From Vicinamibacterales bacterium (GTDB lineage: Bacteria; Acidobacteriota; Vicinamibacteria; Vicinamibacterales; UBA2999), in NCBI GenBank assembly GCA_030680175.1, contig JAUXWO010000064.1, forward strand, positions 71,949 through 135,948: 64,000 nt of DNA, given 5' to 3'. The notes under the pieces are model-generated. The model did not search any database, was not told the origin of the DNA, and saw only the letters and a list, made by a program, of their open reading frames with translations. Shown here in pieces: positions 1 through 9,529 of the stretch. Both the position numbers and the translations under genes were made by a program. Each line of letters starts with the position of its first letter. Position 1 is the first letter of the stretch.

Positions 1-171
1 CGCCTCGTTGGCCGGCGCCACGTCCGCCGCGGCGTTGTCGTCTAGTGTCACCATGTCCAGGGCGACGCTCCCCTCCCGCAGGGCAAGCGTGTTGTTGAAG
101 CTGCGGTCGTAGTGGCTCTTCCGCGTCGCCGCGCCGACTGTCACCGGGTTCGTTGCGTTGAAGTCAGCCAT
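1..171 (-). CDS. Hypothetical phage protein, 5' part only (tail-distal position)
   Basis: Not in ORF track because it runs off the window. Minus-strand ATG at 171 overlaps the stop of 164..397 by 8 nt and reads MADFNATNPVTVGAATRKSHYDRSFNNTLALREGSVALDMVTLDDNAAADVAPANEA with no stop to position 1. Confidence 0.35.
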   Translation of the reverse strand, partial: MADFNATNPVTVGAATRKSHYDRSFNNTLALREGSVALDMVTLDDNAAADVAPANEA

Positions 172-397
172 TCGTAACGTCCTCGAAGTCAGGCGCATAC
201 CGCTCACGCACCTGCGGATGCGCCACCCACCGCGCCACGCAGGCCAGCGTCGCGAGCTGAATCGGACCGGTGCGTGCGACGCGGCCCTCGTCCGAGAGGA
301 CCCACCAGCGTTCCGGCAGGCGGCCCTCCGCCGTACTCCAGGCGGCCCCGCAGCCGCAGTCACAGGTCGTCACCGTCACCTGCGCCATCACCACCAC
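164..397 (-). CDS. Hypothetical small phage protein (Cys-rich TTCDCGCG motif)
   Basis: 77-aa ORF overlapping the upstream tail gene by 10 nt and the downstream ORF by 8 nt (coupled chain); no family recognised. Confidence 0.4.
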   Translation of the reverse strand: MVVMAQVTVTTCDCGCGAAWSTAEGRLPERWWVLSDEGRVARTGPIQLATLACVARWVAHPQVRERYAPDFEDVTNG

Positions 398-2376
398 CTC
401 GACCCGCCGGCGGACAGCGGGTCCCCCGGGTCCGGGAGGTCGCTGTCATCGGTCCAGAACCCCGAGACCGCCCGCTCCTCATCCGTCGCGTCGTCCCAGT
501 CCGGCGCCAGGTCATCGACCCAACGCCCGATCGTGCCGCCGATCCCTCGGACGTTGCCGAGCCTGGCCGTCACGCGCAGCGTCGGCTCGAACGAGCGTCG
601 CAGCTCGACCACCTCGAAGAGCGCGCTCGACAGTGCCCCGCCGATGACGGGCGCCGGCGCGTAGTTCACCAGCAGCTTGTCGCGCACGGAATGGACCGCG
701 AGCCGTGCGCCGGTTTCCTCGACGTCGACCGACATCTGAATGCCGCCCGCGACGAAGAGCACCTGCGCCGCCAGGCGGTCCGCATCCAGATCTCCCCGCA
801 GGAAGGTGAACACCTGCAGCACGTCGGCGACGTCGTTCAGGTACTCCGTGCGGGCGCTACTCGCCTGCGTGACCCGCCACTCGCCGGTCGCGTGGTTGTA
901 GCCGTAGTACACGTGCACGGCCGAGAAGATCGACTGCAACACGGGCTCCGGGCTGAACTGCGCGAACTCGGACTGGCGGAACGTCGGCACCGACGTCGGG
1001 TCGAAGCCCGGGTCCCAGATGTCGACGCGCCAGGTGCCATCCGGGGTCTGCATCACGGACCCGCCGATCGCGCTCTCGAGCGCCGGGAAGCCGTCTTCGG
1101 CCGTCGACAGAATCGAGGCGAGCGAGCGACGGTTCTTCAGCCAGACACTCATCTCTTCCGGCGCCGCCGTGTTGGCCGCGGCGATCGAGGCGGTATCGAT
1201 GTCCGCTGCGCGGACGCCGGCGAACGTCGTGAGCAGGTCCTGGACGATGTCGGCAAAGGTCTGCAGGTAGCTGCCGCTGCCGTCGGGCTTCCCCGTGACG
1301 TCCACTTCGATCAGGTGCGTCGCGTGCGCGTACGTCGCGTTGACCACGGTGAGCGTGCAGGCGGTCAGGTCAACGGTGTAGTCAGTCCCGGCGCTCAGCG
1401 TCGTGCGCGCGCCGGTCTGGCGGTTGACCGCCCAGGCCTGATGCACGGCGAACAGCGTCTGGAACGCGGCATCGGCGATGGTGTAGATACCGTGGCTGGT
1501 CGTGTCCGTCAGGTCGGGCCGCATCGTCGTGCGCCCGTAGCCCACCCACTTCGTGGTGCCCCGTACGCCGTCGCCGGCGTGCGGATACTCGCCCTCGAAG
1601 TACGGGGTGCGCGGGACGAGCTCGTTGAGCCGAGCCGCCAACGGTTTCAGGGCCAACGTGAGCAGCTCCTCGTTGGCCGTAACGTCGTCGACGAGCATCG
1701 AGAAGATCGGCAGGTAGGCCGAGCGCGGCAGCACCCCGCCGGCATAGCTCCCGCCCAGCCAGGCGGACACCTGCGCGTTCTTCCACCGGTAGGACCCGTT
1801 GTGCGCGACCACCTCGAACCAGAATCCGTGCGTGTTGAGGAGCTGCAGGTCCACCCCGGACATCACCTTGGCCCCGAACAGGTTGTCGTTGTCGCGCTCG
1901 ATCAGTTCCGGCAATCCCCCGATCACCCACGGGTGGTGATAGATGCCCGTGTCCGGGTCGGACGTCTCCCGGTTGAGCACAACCGGGCGCGTGGCCACGT
2001 AGAACCGCACGAGCGCCTGATACGCCGTGTAGGTGTCGGGGTTGCCTCCCCCCGAGGTGTGCACGTAGAGCGTCTCCGCCGCTTCGTCCCAGTACCACGA
2101 CCCGGGCGCCGCCTCGACCGCCTCGACCGACGTCTCCGCGTCGAGCGGGGTGGCGTTCTCACGCACGCCGACCACGCGGCGGTACACGCCCGCCGGCATC
2201 CCGCCGCTCATCTCGAGGCGGGCCAGCGGGGTCTCGTAGACGGCCGTGGTGTCGTCGGTCGCGCCGAACCCCTGCAGCACCAGGCGGGGGGTCAGCTCGA
2301 GCAGGACCACCTCGTCACGCACCGGGGCTTGCAGGAGGCCAGCCAGGGTCGGGGGCATCAGGTCGCCTCCTCCCAC
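388..2376 (-). CDS. Minor tail protein (tail tip / host-specificity region)
   Basis: 662-aa ORF, second gene after the tape measure, 19-nt overlap with the previous gene; assignment by position only. Confidence 0.55.
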   Translation of the reverse strand: MGGGDLMPPTLAGLLQAPVRDEVVLLELTPRLVLQGFGATDDTTAVYETPLARLEMSGGMPAGVYRRVVGVRENATPLDAETSVEAVEAAPGSWYWDEAAETLYVHTSGGGNPDTYTAYQALVRFYVATRPVVLNRETSDPDTGIYHHPWVIGGLPELIERDNDNLFGAKVMSGVDLQLLNTHGFWFEVVAHNGSYRWKNAQVSAWLGGSYAGGVLPRSAYLPIFSMLVDDVTANEELLTLALKPLAARLNELVPRTPYFEGEYPHAGDGVRGTTKWVGYGRTTMRPDLTDTTSHGIYTIADAAFQTLFAVHQAWAVNRQTGARTTLSAGTDYTVDLTACTLTVVNATYAHATHLIEVDVTGKPDGSGSYLQTFADIVQDLLTTFAGVRAADIDTASIAAANTAAPEEMSVWLKNRRSLASILSTAEDGFPALESAIGGSVMQTPDGTWRVDIWDPGFDPTSVPTFRQSEFAQFSPEPVLQSIFSAVHVYYGYNHATGEWRVTQASSARTEYLNDVADVLQVFTFLRGDLDADRLAAQVLFVAGGIQMSVDVEETGARLAVHSVRDKLLVNYAPAPVIGGALSSALFEVVELRRSFEPTLRVTARLGNVRGIGGTIGRWVDDLAPDWDDATDEERAVSGFWTDDSDLPDPGDPLSAGGSRWW

Positions 2377-3119
2377 TCGAGCCCGACGTCATAGCGCCCG
2401 TCGACCTCCCGGAACCGCTCCGTGATCTGCCCCTGCAGGTACAGCATCCATGCGGTCCAGGACCGTGTCTCGTCCAGAACGGCGAATACGGGATGGGCGG
2501 AGCCCAGCGTGCCCCAGAGCGCCCGCAGGTCGCCGCGGTCCGCGTCCGGGAGACCCACCCAGGCGAACTGGCCCATCGTGTACCGCGTCCGCGACACCGT
2601 GGACCGCTGCCGATCCACCGACTGCCGCACGATCGACGGGTCGACCTCAGCCACGTCCATCGGCACCGTGACATTGACCGTCGGCTCGAAGTAGGTCCCG
2701 AGGTAGGCGAACCCGAGTTCGGCGTAGTCCTCGACGGGTCCGGGGTTCGTCCACCGCAGCTGCCAGTGCCGATGGCTTGCCTGCGCGAAGAACGCGAAGG
2801 TGACCCGCCGGTCGGCGTTGGCGGCCGGCAGGGTGGCGACCAAGGTGGCATCCCCCGGGGTCGCGCCGTCGCCGCGCTGATAGAGCGCCACAACACCGCC
2901 GGCCAACAGCTTCACGTTCGCGAGCGCCACGCACGTGACAGCACGGACCGCACCCAGGTCGATGTCGATCATCTGCGCGCTGGCCTCAGCCAGCGATCGC
3001 CAGACATACGACCGGTCCGGGTGCGCCGAGGCCGCCACCGGCAGCGCAAGCGCCTCGGACGACGCCGCCAATGCCGCGCCAGGGTACCAGTTCGCGTTCA
3101 GCAGGCGGAGGCGGGCCAT
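2358..3119 (-). CDS. Minor tail protein, distal-tail-protein position
   Basis: 253-aa ORF starting 1 nt inside the tape-measure stop; this position corresponds to Dit in siphoviruses; no motif recognised. Confidence 0.5.
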   Translation of the reverse strand: MARLRLLNANWYPGAALAASSEALALPVAASAHPDRSYVWRSLAEASAQMIDIDLGAVRAVTCVALANVKLLAGGVVALYQRGDGATPGDATLVATLPAANADRRVTFAFFAQASHRHWQLRWTNPGPVEDYAELGFAYLGTYFEPTVNVTVPMDVAEVDPSIVRQSVDRQRSTVSRTRYTMGQFAWVGLPDADRGDLRALWGTLGSAHPVFAVLDETRSWTAWMLYLQGQITERFREVDGRYDVGLEWEEAT

Positions 3120-5812
3120 CAGCGCACCCGCTCCCCGACCGCACGGCGAGGAATCCGGATCGCACCGCCCGCGACGGCCCGCTCGATCTGCTGGAACTGC
3201 TGTCGGCTAATCGCAGCCGCCTGCCCCTGTGGGCTGACCGCGATGTAGACGTCCCCGGACATCGACCCCATCAGGGAGGACAGCGCGCCGGCGATCTCGC
3301 GTGCCAGACGATGGCCACCCCCCTCGGGGATGACAGCCTCACGACGATGCAGTCGGACCGACCGCTCGTCCCCGAAGTTCATGTAGTCAAGGTTCGGCGT
3401 GCCGGTGCTGAACCCAGGCTCAGACGAGCGAATCCGGTTCACGTTCGCCATGCCAGCCGCGAGCGCGCCGGCCGCGGAGATCAGGTTCGCCGGCCAGGGA
3501 AGGCTCGCCATGCTCTTCGCGACGGCCTGATATGTCGAGATGATCGCGCCGGCAATCGACGCCGCCTTGAACTTGTTGCCGAGGATCGCCAGCGTCGATG
3601 CCGTGTTCGTGATCAGCATCGAATTGGCGGTATCCGTCCAGCTCTTCGTCTGCTCCCCCGCAGCTCGCTTCGCGGCCTCGGCCTTCTCCCAGGCGGCCTT
3701 CACCGCTTCAGACGTGAACTCCCCGCTCGCCTGCATCGCCGCATGAAGCGCCACGGCCTGATCGGCTGTCGCCTGCAGCTCGGCCCGGGTCTTGAAACCC
3801 GCCTCGGCGGCTGCCTGAGCGATCGTCTGGTTGGCGCCGGTGGCCGCGTCGGCCATGAGGCCGTACTTTTCCCGCACCATCGCCGCGAGGGCCTCATACT
3901 CCGCGAAGTGGGTCGCCTTCAGGTGGGCAAGCCCCGCCAGCTCCTTCTCGCGCGCGAAGTCAATTTCAGCTAGCCGGCGCGCGGTGCCGTCTAGCGTGGC
4001 CAGCGTCAGCTCCTGCTGGAGTCGCTGCCCCGCAACGAGGACGCTGCTGAAGTTCTGCTCCCACGTACTCATCTCCCGTGTGACGCCCTCGGTCGTCATG
4101 GTGATGACCGCACCGACGTCGTTGAAGCCGAGGCCCATCCGGTACATCTCTTCGCCCAGCTTCTTCGCTTCGGCGGCGTGCTTCGCGGCCTCCTTGGCGG
4201 CCTTCTCCTGGGCCTCGGCGAGCGCCTTCGGGCTCTTCAAGGCCTCACGATTGGCGGCCTCTGTGGCGGCGATCACCGCGGCCACTTCCTCCAGCGCCTT
4301 CGTATGCGCGTCGACAGCCACATTCGCCGCGTCGTGGGCCTTGCCGGTCTCACTGGTCGCCGACGCCAGGTTCCGCCGCGAGACAATCGCCGCCTCGATG
4401 TCCTGGTCGGCGACCTTGATGCCGTTCCACCAGTTCGACATCTTGACGAACGAGTACTCGAACGACTCTCCCAGAGAAAGCGTCTCGTCGCCGAAGAGCT
4501 TCAAGTCGCTGATCCACTTCCCGACGGTCCACCCGGCAATCGCTGCGCCGAAGACAAGCCCGCCCTTCGCCGCGACACCGAGCGCGCCGGCGACGCGCGG
4601 GGCCATCACCATCAGCTCGCCCCACTTCACCATCACCGTGCCCGCCGCGTAGACGACCGGGCCGGCCGCGGCCGCGACACCCGCCAGGGCGAACGAGACG
4701 GTCTTTACCGGCCCCGGCAGCTCGGCGAACGACTCGCCCATCCCGCCGACGCCGCGGAGCACACTCGACGAGATGGGGATCAGCCGCTCGAGCGCGCCGG
4801 CCAGCTCGACCCCGATCGGCGCGACCGATCGCGCGGCCTCCTCGCGAAGCGTGGCGAGGCGCTCGGCCTGCGTCTCGGAATCCTTCGCCGTCTGCTCGAG
4901 CGTCCCGCCGGCGCCCTGCAGGGCCTGAACGAACTCGTCGATCTCGAACGTGCCGCCTCGGATCTCCTCCTGGAGCTTGCTGCCAACCTGCGCGCCGAAG
5001 GCGTCGGCCGCGATCTGCGTCGCCGTCAGGACGTCCGGGGCCTCCTTGATCTGGCGCAGCAGCTCATTGAACGCGCCCTCCGCGTCCGTGAACCCCTCCC
5101 GCGCCAGCTTCGTGATCGCGATGTTCAGCGACCCGATGACGTCGGTGGGCTTGGCGCCGACCTTCTCGAACTGGGAGAACAGGGCGATGCTCTCGTCGAG
5201 CCCGAAACCCAGCTCGACGAACGCCATGCCGCCACCGATCACGGCATCGGCGAGGGCGTTCGCCCCGATGCCGCTCCGCTGGGCCGCGAACGTGAGCTTG
5301 TCGAGCACCGACGGCAGCTCGCTCACGTCGAGCTCGAGCGCGTTCATGAGGACCGAGACGGTCCGCGTGGACGTCGCGACGTCCTCCTTGTTCACACGCG
5401 CGTAGGCCAGCATGCGCCGCGTGGCATCCTCGAGGCCGTCGCCCATGAGGCCCGTGCGCGTGTTCACGTCGGCGAGGGCCTGCGCCACGACCGCGGCCCC
5501 TTCGGGGACCGTGCCCCAGACCTTCTTGAACGACCCCTCCAGACTCTGCAGGGCTGTCCCGGACGCCCCCGTCCCGCGCACGATGAGGCTCATCGCCTCG
5601 TCGTACTGGGCGCCGGCGACGAGCACAGCGGCGCCGGACGCCACGATCGGCGCCGTCACCCCGACCGTGAGCATGGTCCCGACGGACTGCATCTCGCGGC
5701 CGGTCTTCTTCCACTCCGCCGACACTTTCTTCAGGTCGTCCTGCGTCTGCTTGAACGCCTCGGCCGTCAGATTCTTCGCGGCGATCGTGATGGTGACTTG
5801 CTCGTCAGCCAT
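3119..5812 (-). CDS. Tail tape measure protein
   Basis: 897 aa, Ala/Gly-rich with a long coiled-coil middle and a hydrophobic glycine-rich segment; N-terminal third resembles the TP901-type tape-measure core (…SGIGANALADAVIGGGMAFVELGF…); lies between chaperone and distal tail genes. Confidence 0.9.
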   Translation of the reverse strand: MADEQVTITIAAKNLTAEAFKQTQDDLKKVSAEWKKTGREMQSVGTMLTVGVTAPIVASGAAVLVAGAQYDEAMSLIVRGTGASGTALQSLEGSFKKVWGTVPEGAAVVAQALADVNTRTGLMGDGLEDATRRMLAYARVNKEDVATSTRTVSVLMNALELDVSELPSVLDKLTFAAQRSGIGANALADAVIGGGMAFVELGFGLDESIALFSQFEKVGAKPTDVIGSLNIAITKLAREGFTDAEGAFNELLRQIKEAPDVLTATQIAADAFGAQVGSKLQEEIRGGTFEIDEFVQALQGAGGTLEQTAKDSETQAERLATLREEAARSVAPIGVELAGALERLIPISSSVLRGVGGMGESFAELPGPVKTVSFALAGVAAAAGPVVYAAGTVMVKWGELMVMAPRVAGALGVAAKGGLVFGAAIAGWTVGKWISDLKLFGDETLSLGESFEYSFVKMSNWWNGIKVADQDIEAAIVSRRNLASATSETGKAHDAANVAVDAHTKALEEVAAVIAATEAANREALKSPKALAEAQEKAAKEAAKHAAEAKKLGEEMYRMGLGFNDVGAVITMTTEGVTREMSTWEQNFSSVLVAGQRLQQELTLATLDGTARRLAEIDFAREKELAGLAHLKATHFAEYEALAAMVREKYGLMADAATGANQTIAQAAAEAGFKTRAELQATADQAVALHAAMQASGEFTSEAVKAAWEKAEAAKRAAGEQTKSWTDTANSMLITNTASTLAILGNKFKAASIAGAIISTYQAVAKSMASLPWPANLISAAGALAAGMANVNRIRSSEPGFSTGTPNLDYMNFGDERSVRLHRREAVIPEGGGHRLAREIAGALSSLMGSMSGDVYIAVSPQGQAAAISRQQFQQIERAVAGGAIRIPRRAVGERVR

Positions 5813-6607
5813 GCTTCGTCCTGCGTCTCTCCCGCGCCTGCTCTCGCGACCGCCGGGCGGCCTGTTCTCGCATCACGACCCGTGTCGTCTGCGCAATCAC
5901 GTCCAGCGCCTGCATCGTGCGGGCGTCCTGGTCGGCCACCCCGCCCGCGTGCGGCAGCGCCACCTGCTCGATCGTCACCGTGCCCGACCACCCATCCGCT
6001 CGCGCCTGGTGCGTGTGCTGGAACAGCGCCAGCCAGCCACGTACCTCCGGCGTCAGTTCACGGACGGGGCAGCGTCGAGTAGTGACCTCTCCGTCGATCC
6101 AGACGATGCGTCCGGCATCGTCGGTGTTGCAGCCTCGGTCCTCGCAGAGTCCCCGTCGCCGGCAGGCGCCGCAGTCGTCTCGGGTCTCGGCCCAGCTCCC
6201 ACTGGCGCGGCCGAGGAAGCGGAGGAACCGGCAGGCGAGCGCAATGCTCTTTTTTTTTCCTCGTCGAGCACGTTCTCGAGATAGACCTTCCCGAGCAGCT
6301 CCTGCACCACCAAGCCGTACCGGCCGTACACGCACAGGAAGTCCTTACCGTTCGTGATGCGCCGCTCCGACCCGTCCGACTCCTCGGCCACGAGCTCGCT
6401 CTGCACCACCACGAAGCGGTCGAAGGTGTCGGCCACGAACGCCCGCGCCGCGTCCTCCGTGATCCCGGCATCCGAATGGGTCTTGAAGGCCGCATCGAAC
6501 CAGGCGTACTCCTCGAAGGTCATGCGCTTGATGCCGAAGCGCACCTCTTCGTCGTCGATCCGAACCGTCACCGGGAAAAACGCGGGAACTCGCACACAGC
6601 ACCTCAT
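5805..6607 (-). CDS. Tail assembly chaperone, -1 frameshift fusion product (gpGT-like)
   Basis: ORF 5805..6335 is in the -1 frame relative to 6053..6607 (codon-start coordinates 2 mod 3 versus 1 mod 3 on the minus strand). The two overlap at the A9 run, and the -1 frame ends 8 nt inside the tape-measure start. Confidence 0.6.
6053..6607 (-). CDS. Tail assembly chaperone, zero-frame product (gpG-like)
   Basis: ORF between tail tube and tape measure; contains GAG GAA AAA AAA AGA slippery run at aa ~117; start codon uncertain (no clear SD at 6607). Confidence 0.55.
   Translation of the reverse strand: MRCCVRVPAFFPVTVRIDDEEVRFGIKRMTFEEYAWFDAAFKTHSDAGITEDAARAFVADTFDRFVVVQSELVAEESDGSERRITNGKDFLCVYGRYGLVVQELLGKVYLENVLDEEKKRALRSPAGSSASSAAPVGAGPRPETTAAPAGDGDSARTEAATPTMPDASSGSTERSLLDAAPSVN
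6250..6258 (-). other. Programmed -1 ribosomal frameshift slippery run (A9 on the coding strand)
   Basis: T9 on the plus strand equals GGAAAAAAAAAGAG on the minus strand; zero frame reads E-E-K-K-R, -1 frame reads G-K-K-K-S. Confidence 0.6.
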
Positions 6608-6729
6608 GGAAGGGGGTCAAACACGCCGAGCTGTGTGGCGCGCCCTCTGCGGGGAGGCCCGACTCTCCGCATGGACAGCGGAGAACGTCGGACCTCGGAA
6701 GACGCGAAATGCGGGAGCGAGAGGGTCGT

Positions 6730-7881
6730 CTACGCGAGCACGAGCCGGACTTCGTCGTTCGCCCCGTCGGCCGTCTCGAGCGCCGTGCCCGTGAACGACC
6801 ACGAGACCTCGGTGTCCGGGTCGTCCGTGCCCGGCACCTTGATGTCCACCTTCGGCAGGTAGAGGGCGACGATATTGCCCTCGGTGCGCCCGGTCTGCTT
6901 GAAGATCGAGGGGTAGCTGCCAGCTTCCGCCAGGTCGTACAGCGTGGCTTCGGTCTCGGCGAACGTGTCCAGGGTGACCTCGAGCGAACGCCGATCGGCC
7001 CGGTACAGCTCGCTCGCCTTCGACTGGCCGTACTCCGAGTTCCGCACGACCAGCCCGTTCGTCAGCGTGAGGGCCAGCGACTTGAACGGGAGCGCCGTGC
7101 CGTTGATCAGCAGGTCGCCCACCAGCCCCGATGGCGGATTCGCGCCGACCGTCGTGAACGCCGCCGGCAGGTTCGGCACACCGGCGCCCGTGAACTGCTC
7201 TTTGCCCGGGCCGCTCGCCGTGAACTTCGGCTCTTCGTTCGCGTCGAACGTGAGGCCGAGGCTGTTGATGCCGACCCCCACGAGCGCCCGCTTGAACGTG
7301 TCGAGGTAGTGGGCGATCGCCAGCGAGATGGCCAGCGCCGACGTGAGCTTGTAGGTGAGGCACCCCTTGATGGCCTCGCCGGTCTCCGGCGCGGACGGCA
7401 AGGCCGGCGCCCAGGTGAGCGCGGCCGAGTCCACGGCCGTCAGGATGCGCACATAGCGCACCCCGTTCCGGGTGATGAGGATGGCGTCCCCGGCGGCGAG
7501 CGTGCCCGCCGACGCCACCGTGGCGGTCGTCGTCGAGGGCGAGGGGGACGCCTCCACGGTCGTCGACAGGGTCACACTGGACTTCGACCCGAACGCCGCC
7601 TCGAGCACCTGGTCGCACTCCGGCGCCGTGTTCAGCGTGCCCGAGGGACGCAGGAGCGCCTCGAGCGTCCCGAGCTCCGCGGTCACACGGCGGTCGAACC
7701 GGGTGACCGCACCCGGCGACGACTTCTTCTCCGGGCTCGTCACCCGGTTGAAGGGGTCCGTCGTCATGGCGAGGTTGATGTGACGGAGCGCATCGGTGGA
7801 GTCATGCGCCGTCAACGTCTCGCCGTACTCCAACTCCTTCTTGATGTAGAGCTTCCCCCGACGTCCAATCTCAATCGCCAT
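6730..7881 (-). CDS. Major tail (tube) protein
   Basis: 383-aa ORF immediately upstream of the chaperone pair, Thr/Ser/Ala-rich beta-type composition; assignment by position. Confidence 0.6.
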   Translation of the reverse strand: MAIEIGRRGKLYIKKELEYGETLTAHDSTDALRHINLAMTTDPFNRVTSPEKKSSPGAVTRFDRRVTAELGTLEALLRPSGTLNTAPECDQVLEAAFGSKSSVTLSTTVEASPSPSTTTATVASAGTLAAGDAILITRNGVRYVRILTAVDSAALTWAPALPSAPETGEAIKGCLTYKLTSALAISLAIAHYLDTFKRALVGVGINSLGLTFDANEEPKFTASGPGKEQFTGAGVPNLPAAFTTVGANPPSGLVGDLLINGTALPFKSLALTLTNGLVVRNSEYGQSKASELYRADRRSLEVTLDTFAETEATLYDLAEAGSYPSIFKQTGRTEGNIVALYLPKVDIKVPGTDDPDTEVSWSFTGTALETADGANDEVRLVLA

Positions 7882-8119
7882 CGGTTTTCTCCTCGGTGAC
7901 CAGCTCCGCCGGCGTCAGCCGGCCTCCCCGACGAACCGGGCGGGCTGACTCCACCGCCACCGGTTCGAACCAGGACTCGTGGACGTAGGCGCGGAGCGTG
8001 TGCCCTCCGCCGATCGACTGGTCCAGGTCCACCATCTGGCCGGCCACGAGCTGCGCGCTGCCCTCGAAGGCCGTCCCGGTCACGCTCGCCGTCACGCGGC
8101 ACTTCCGCAGGTCTGCCAT
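7871..8119 (-). CDS. Hypothetical phage protein
   Basis: 82-aa ORF overlapping the tail-tube start by 11 nt; no family recognised. Confidence 0.4.
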   Translation of the reverse strand: MADLRKCRVTASVTGTAFEGSAQLVAGQMVDLDQSIGGGHTLRAYVHESWFEPVAVESARPVRRGGRLTPAELVTEEKTDGD

Positions 8120-8128
8120 CGTCGCCCC

Positions 8129-8617
8129 CTAGCCGTTCGGCCGCCCGTAGGTCCGATGCAGCGCCACCTCGGTCTCGACGATCGCCCAGACCTGCCCGCC
8201 ATCCATCCCGTCGTCCAGTGTCCGACGCACAATCCGCGTGTCCACCGCCAGACCGCCACGGGTGACGTCGACCGCGATGGCGGCCTCGAGGTCGGCGCAC
8301 GCCTTGAAGAACACCTCGTCACGGCTCTCGTCGACGGTCCGGTCCGACTCGCCAATCCAGTGCAGCGTGATCGGCATGACCAGGCGCGCCTGCCCGGATT
8401 GCGGATAGCTCCACCGCTCCGGCTGCACGTCGATCAACACGAACGGCCGAGGCCCGTCCGGCGCGATCAGCTCTTCAACCTTGTGGTTCGGGTCGAGCTT
8501 CACCGCCGTGCTCGCCACCGTGTGCCAGTAGGTGCTCCCGGCCGCAATCGCCGCGATGGCGCTCTGCAGGCTCCGTACGACGCGGTACTCGACGGGTGTG
8601 CTACTCGGCGGCATCAC
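8129..8617 (-). CDS. Tail terminator / tail completion protein (by position)
   Basis: 162-aa ORF between connector genes and tail tube. Confidence 0.45.
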   Translation of the reverse strand: MMPPSSTPVEYRVVRSLQSAIAAIAAGSTYWHTVASTAVKLDPNHKVEELIAPDGPRPFVLIDVQPERWSYPQSGQARLVMPITLHWIGESDRTVDESRDEVFFKACADLEAAIAVDVTRGGLAVDTRIVRRTLDDGMDGGQVWAIVETEVALHRTYGRPNG

Positions 8618-9161
8618 CTGCCCCTGAGCCCTTGAACTGGTACTCGTGCTTGAACCGCTGTGTGAACACCTCGAGCAACCGCGCCATCCCGACGGGCTTG
8701 AACTTCTCGAACACGTGCCCGAGCGACGGCCCGCGCAGCTCGATGATCCCCAGGCGCTTCTTCGAGACGCGCTTGAACACGCCCTTGTGCCCGGACTTCA
8801 TCACGGCGATGAACGCCTTCGGGTCGCGCTTACGGCCCTGGTTCCGCCAGCTCACTCCACGCCCACGGCCGCGAGACGGAAACGGTCCAGTCGCGCCCAT
8901 GTCGATGACCGGGATGCGCTTCAGCCTGCTGCCGCTCAAGCTGGCCTCTGGCCTGGCGATCGACGCCTGCTGCATCCGCAGGGCCTCACGCACCACGCCG
9001 ACGCGCAACTGCAGGTCCTTCGAGATCTCCCGCGCCATCACCGTCCGCGCGGCCTCGATCGCGCGGTTCATGGCGCGCACACCGGCGCGCTCGACATGCG
9101 CGGGCTGGCCCGCCAAGTCAAGCGCCACCCGCTCGTCGCCGTCTACGGTGATGTCAACCAT
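8601..9161 (-). CDS. Head-tail connector / tail completion protein (lambda gpZ or HK97 gp10-like)
   Basis: 186 aa; the segment FIAVMKSGHKGVFKRV and the gene position resemble gpZ/gp10-type proteins (weak recall). Confidence 0.5.
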   Translation of the reverse strand: MVDITVDGDERVALDLAGQPAHVERAGVRAMNRAIEAARTVMAREISKDLQLRVGVVREALRMQQASIARPEASLSGSRLKRIPVIDMGATGPFPSRGRGRGVSWRNQGRKRDPKAFIAVMKSGHKGVFKRVSKKRLGIIELRGPSLGHVFEKFKPVGMARLLEVFTQRFKHEYQFKGSGAGDAAE

Positions 9162-9514
9162 CAGGACACTGCGAGGGTCACGACCATATGCCAGCAGTAG
9201 GCGTCGACGCGGTCCACGCTGTCGATCACCCAGGTCTTGTCGGCGCCGCCCTTTCTCTCAGGGGCGACAACCGTCGTGCCGCGCGGGAGCTGCGTCGCGA
9301 TCTCGCTCTTCCTGAACGACATCACCCGGCGCCCTTCCCGCTTCTGGAAGTCGCCGCCGAAGGGCCGGCGCTCCTGGAGCTGCTCGACGCGGTTGATGAC
9401 CGTGCACGTCACCGGCGCGTTGTCCGGGGCCGGGCGGGTCACCGTGGCCGGCACGCCGTAGACGCCGAAGTTGGCGCCCACGGCGGCCGTCCGGGCCGTG
9501 TCGAAGTTCGCCAC
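9161..9514 (-). CDS. Head-tail adaptor / head closure protein (by position)
   Basis: 117-aa ORF between the decoration gene and connector genes, 1-nt junction with the next gene. Confidence 0.45.
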   Translation of the reverse strand: MANFDTARTAAVGANFGVYGVPATVTRPAPDNAPVTCTVINRVEQLQERRPFGGDFQKREGRRVMSFRKSEIATQLPRGTTVVAPERKGGADKTWVIDSVDRVDAYCWHMVVTLAVS

Positions 9515-9529
9515 CGCGTCGTCCCCGCG

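Noticed and set aside
274-2394. Long plus-strand ORF (706 aa) antisense to the tail gene. Similar long antisense ORFs occur at 4178..6082, 6709..7899, 9188..10405, 10542..11999, 12485..14431, 15609..17111, 21030..22505, 22417..23856, 33290..35374, 41831..43762, 46156..47346, 50327..52399, 52212..54041, 54570..56294, 59589..61451 and 61792..63156
   Set aside because: They are Arg/Pro/Gly/His-rich low-complexity translations lying opposite ORFs with clear family motifs. These are typical shadow ORFs of high-GC DNA, where stop codons are rare on the antisense strand.
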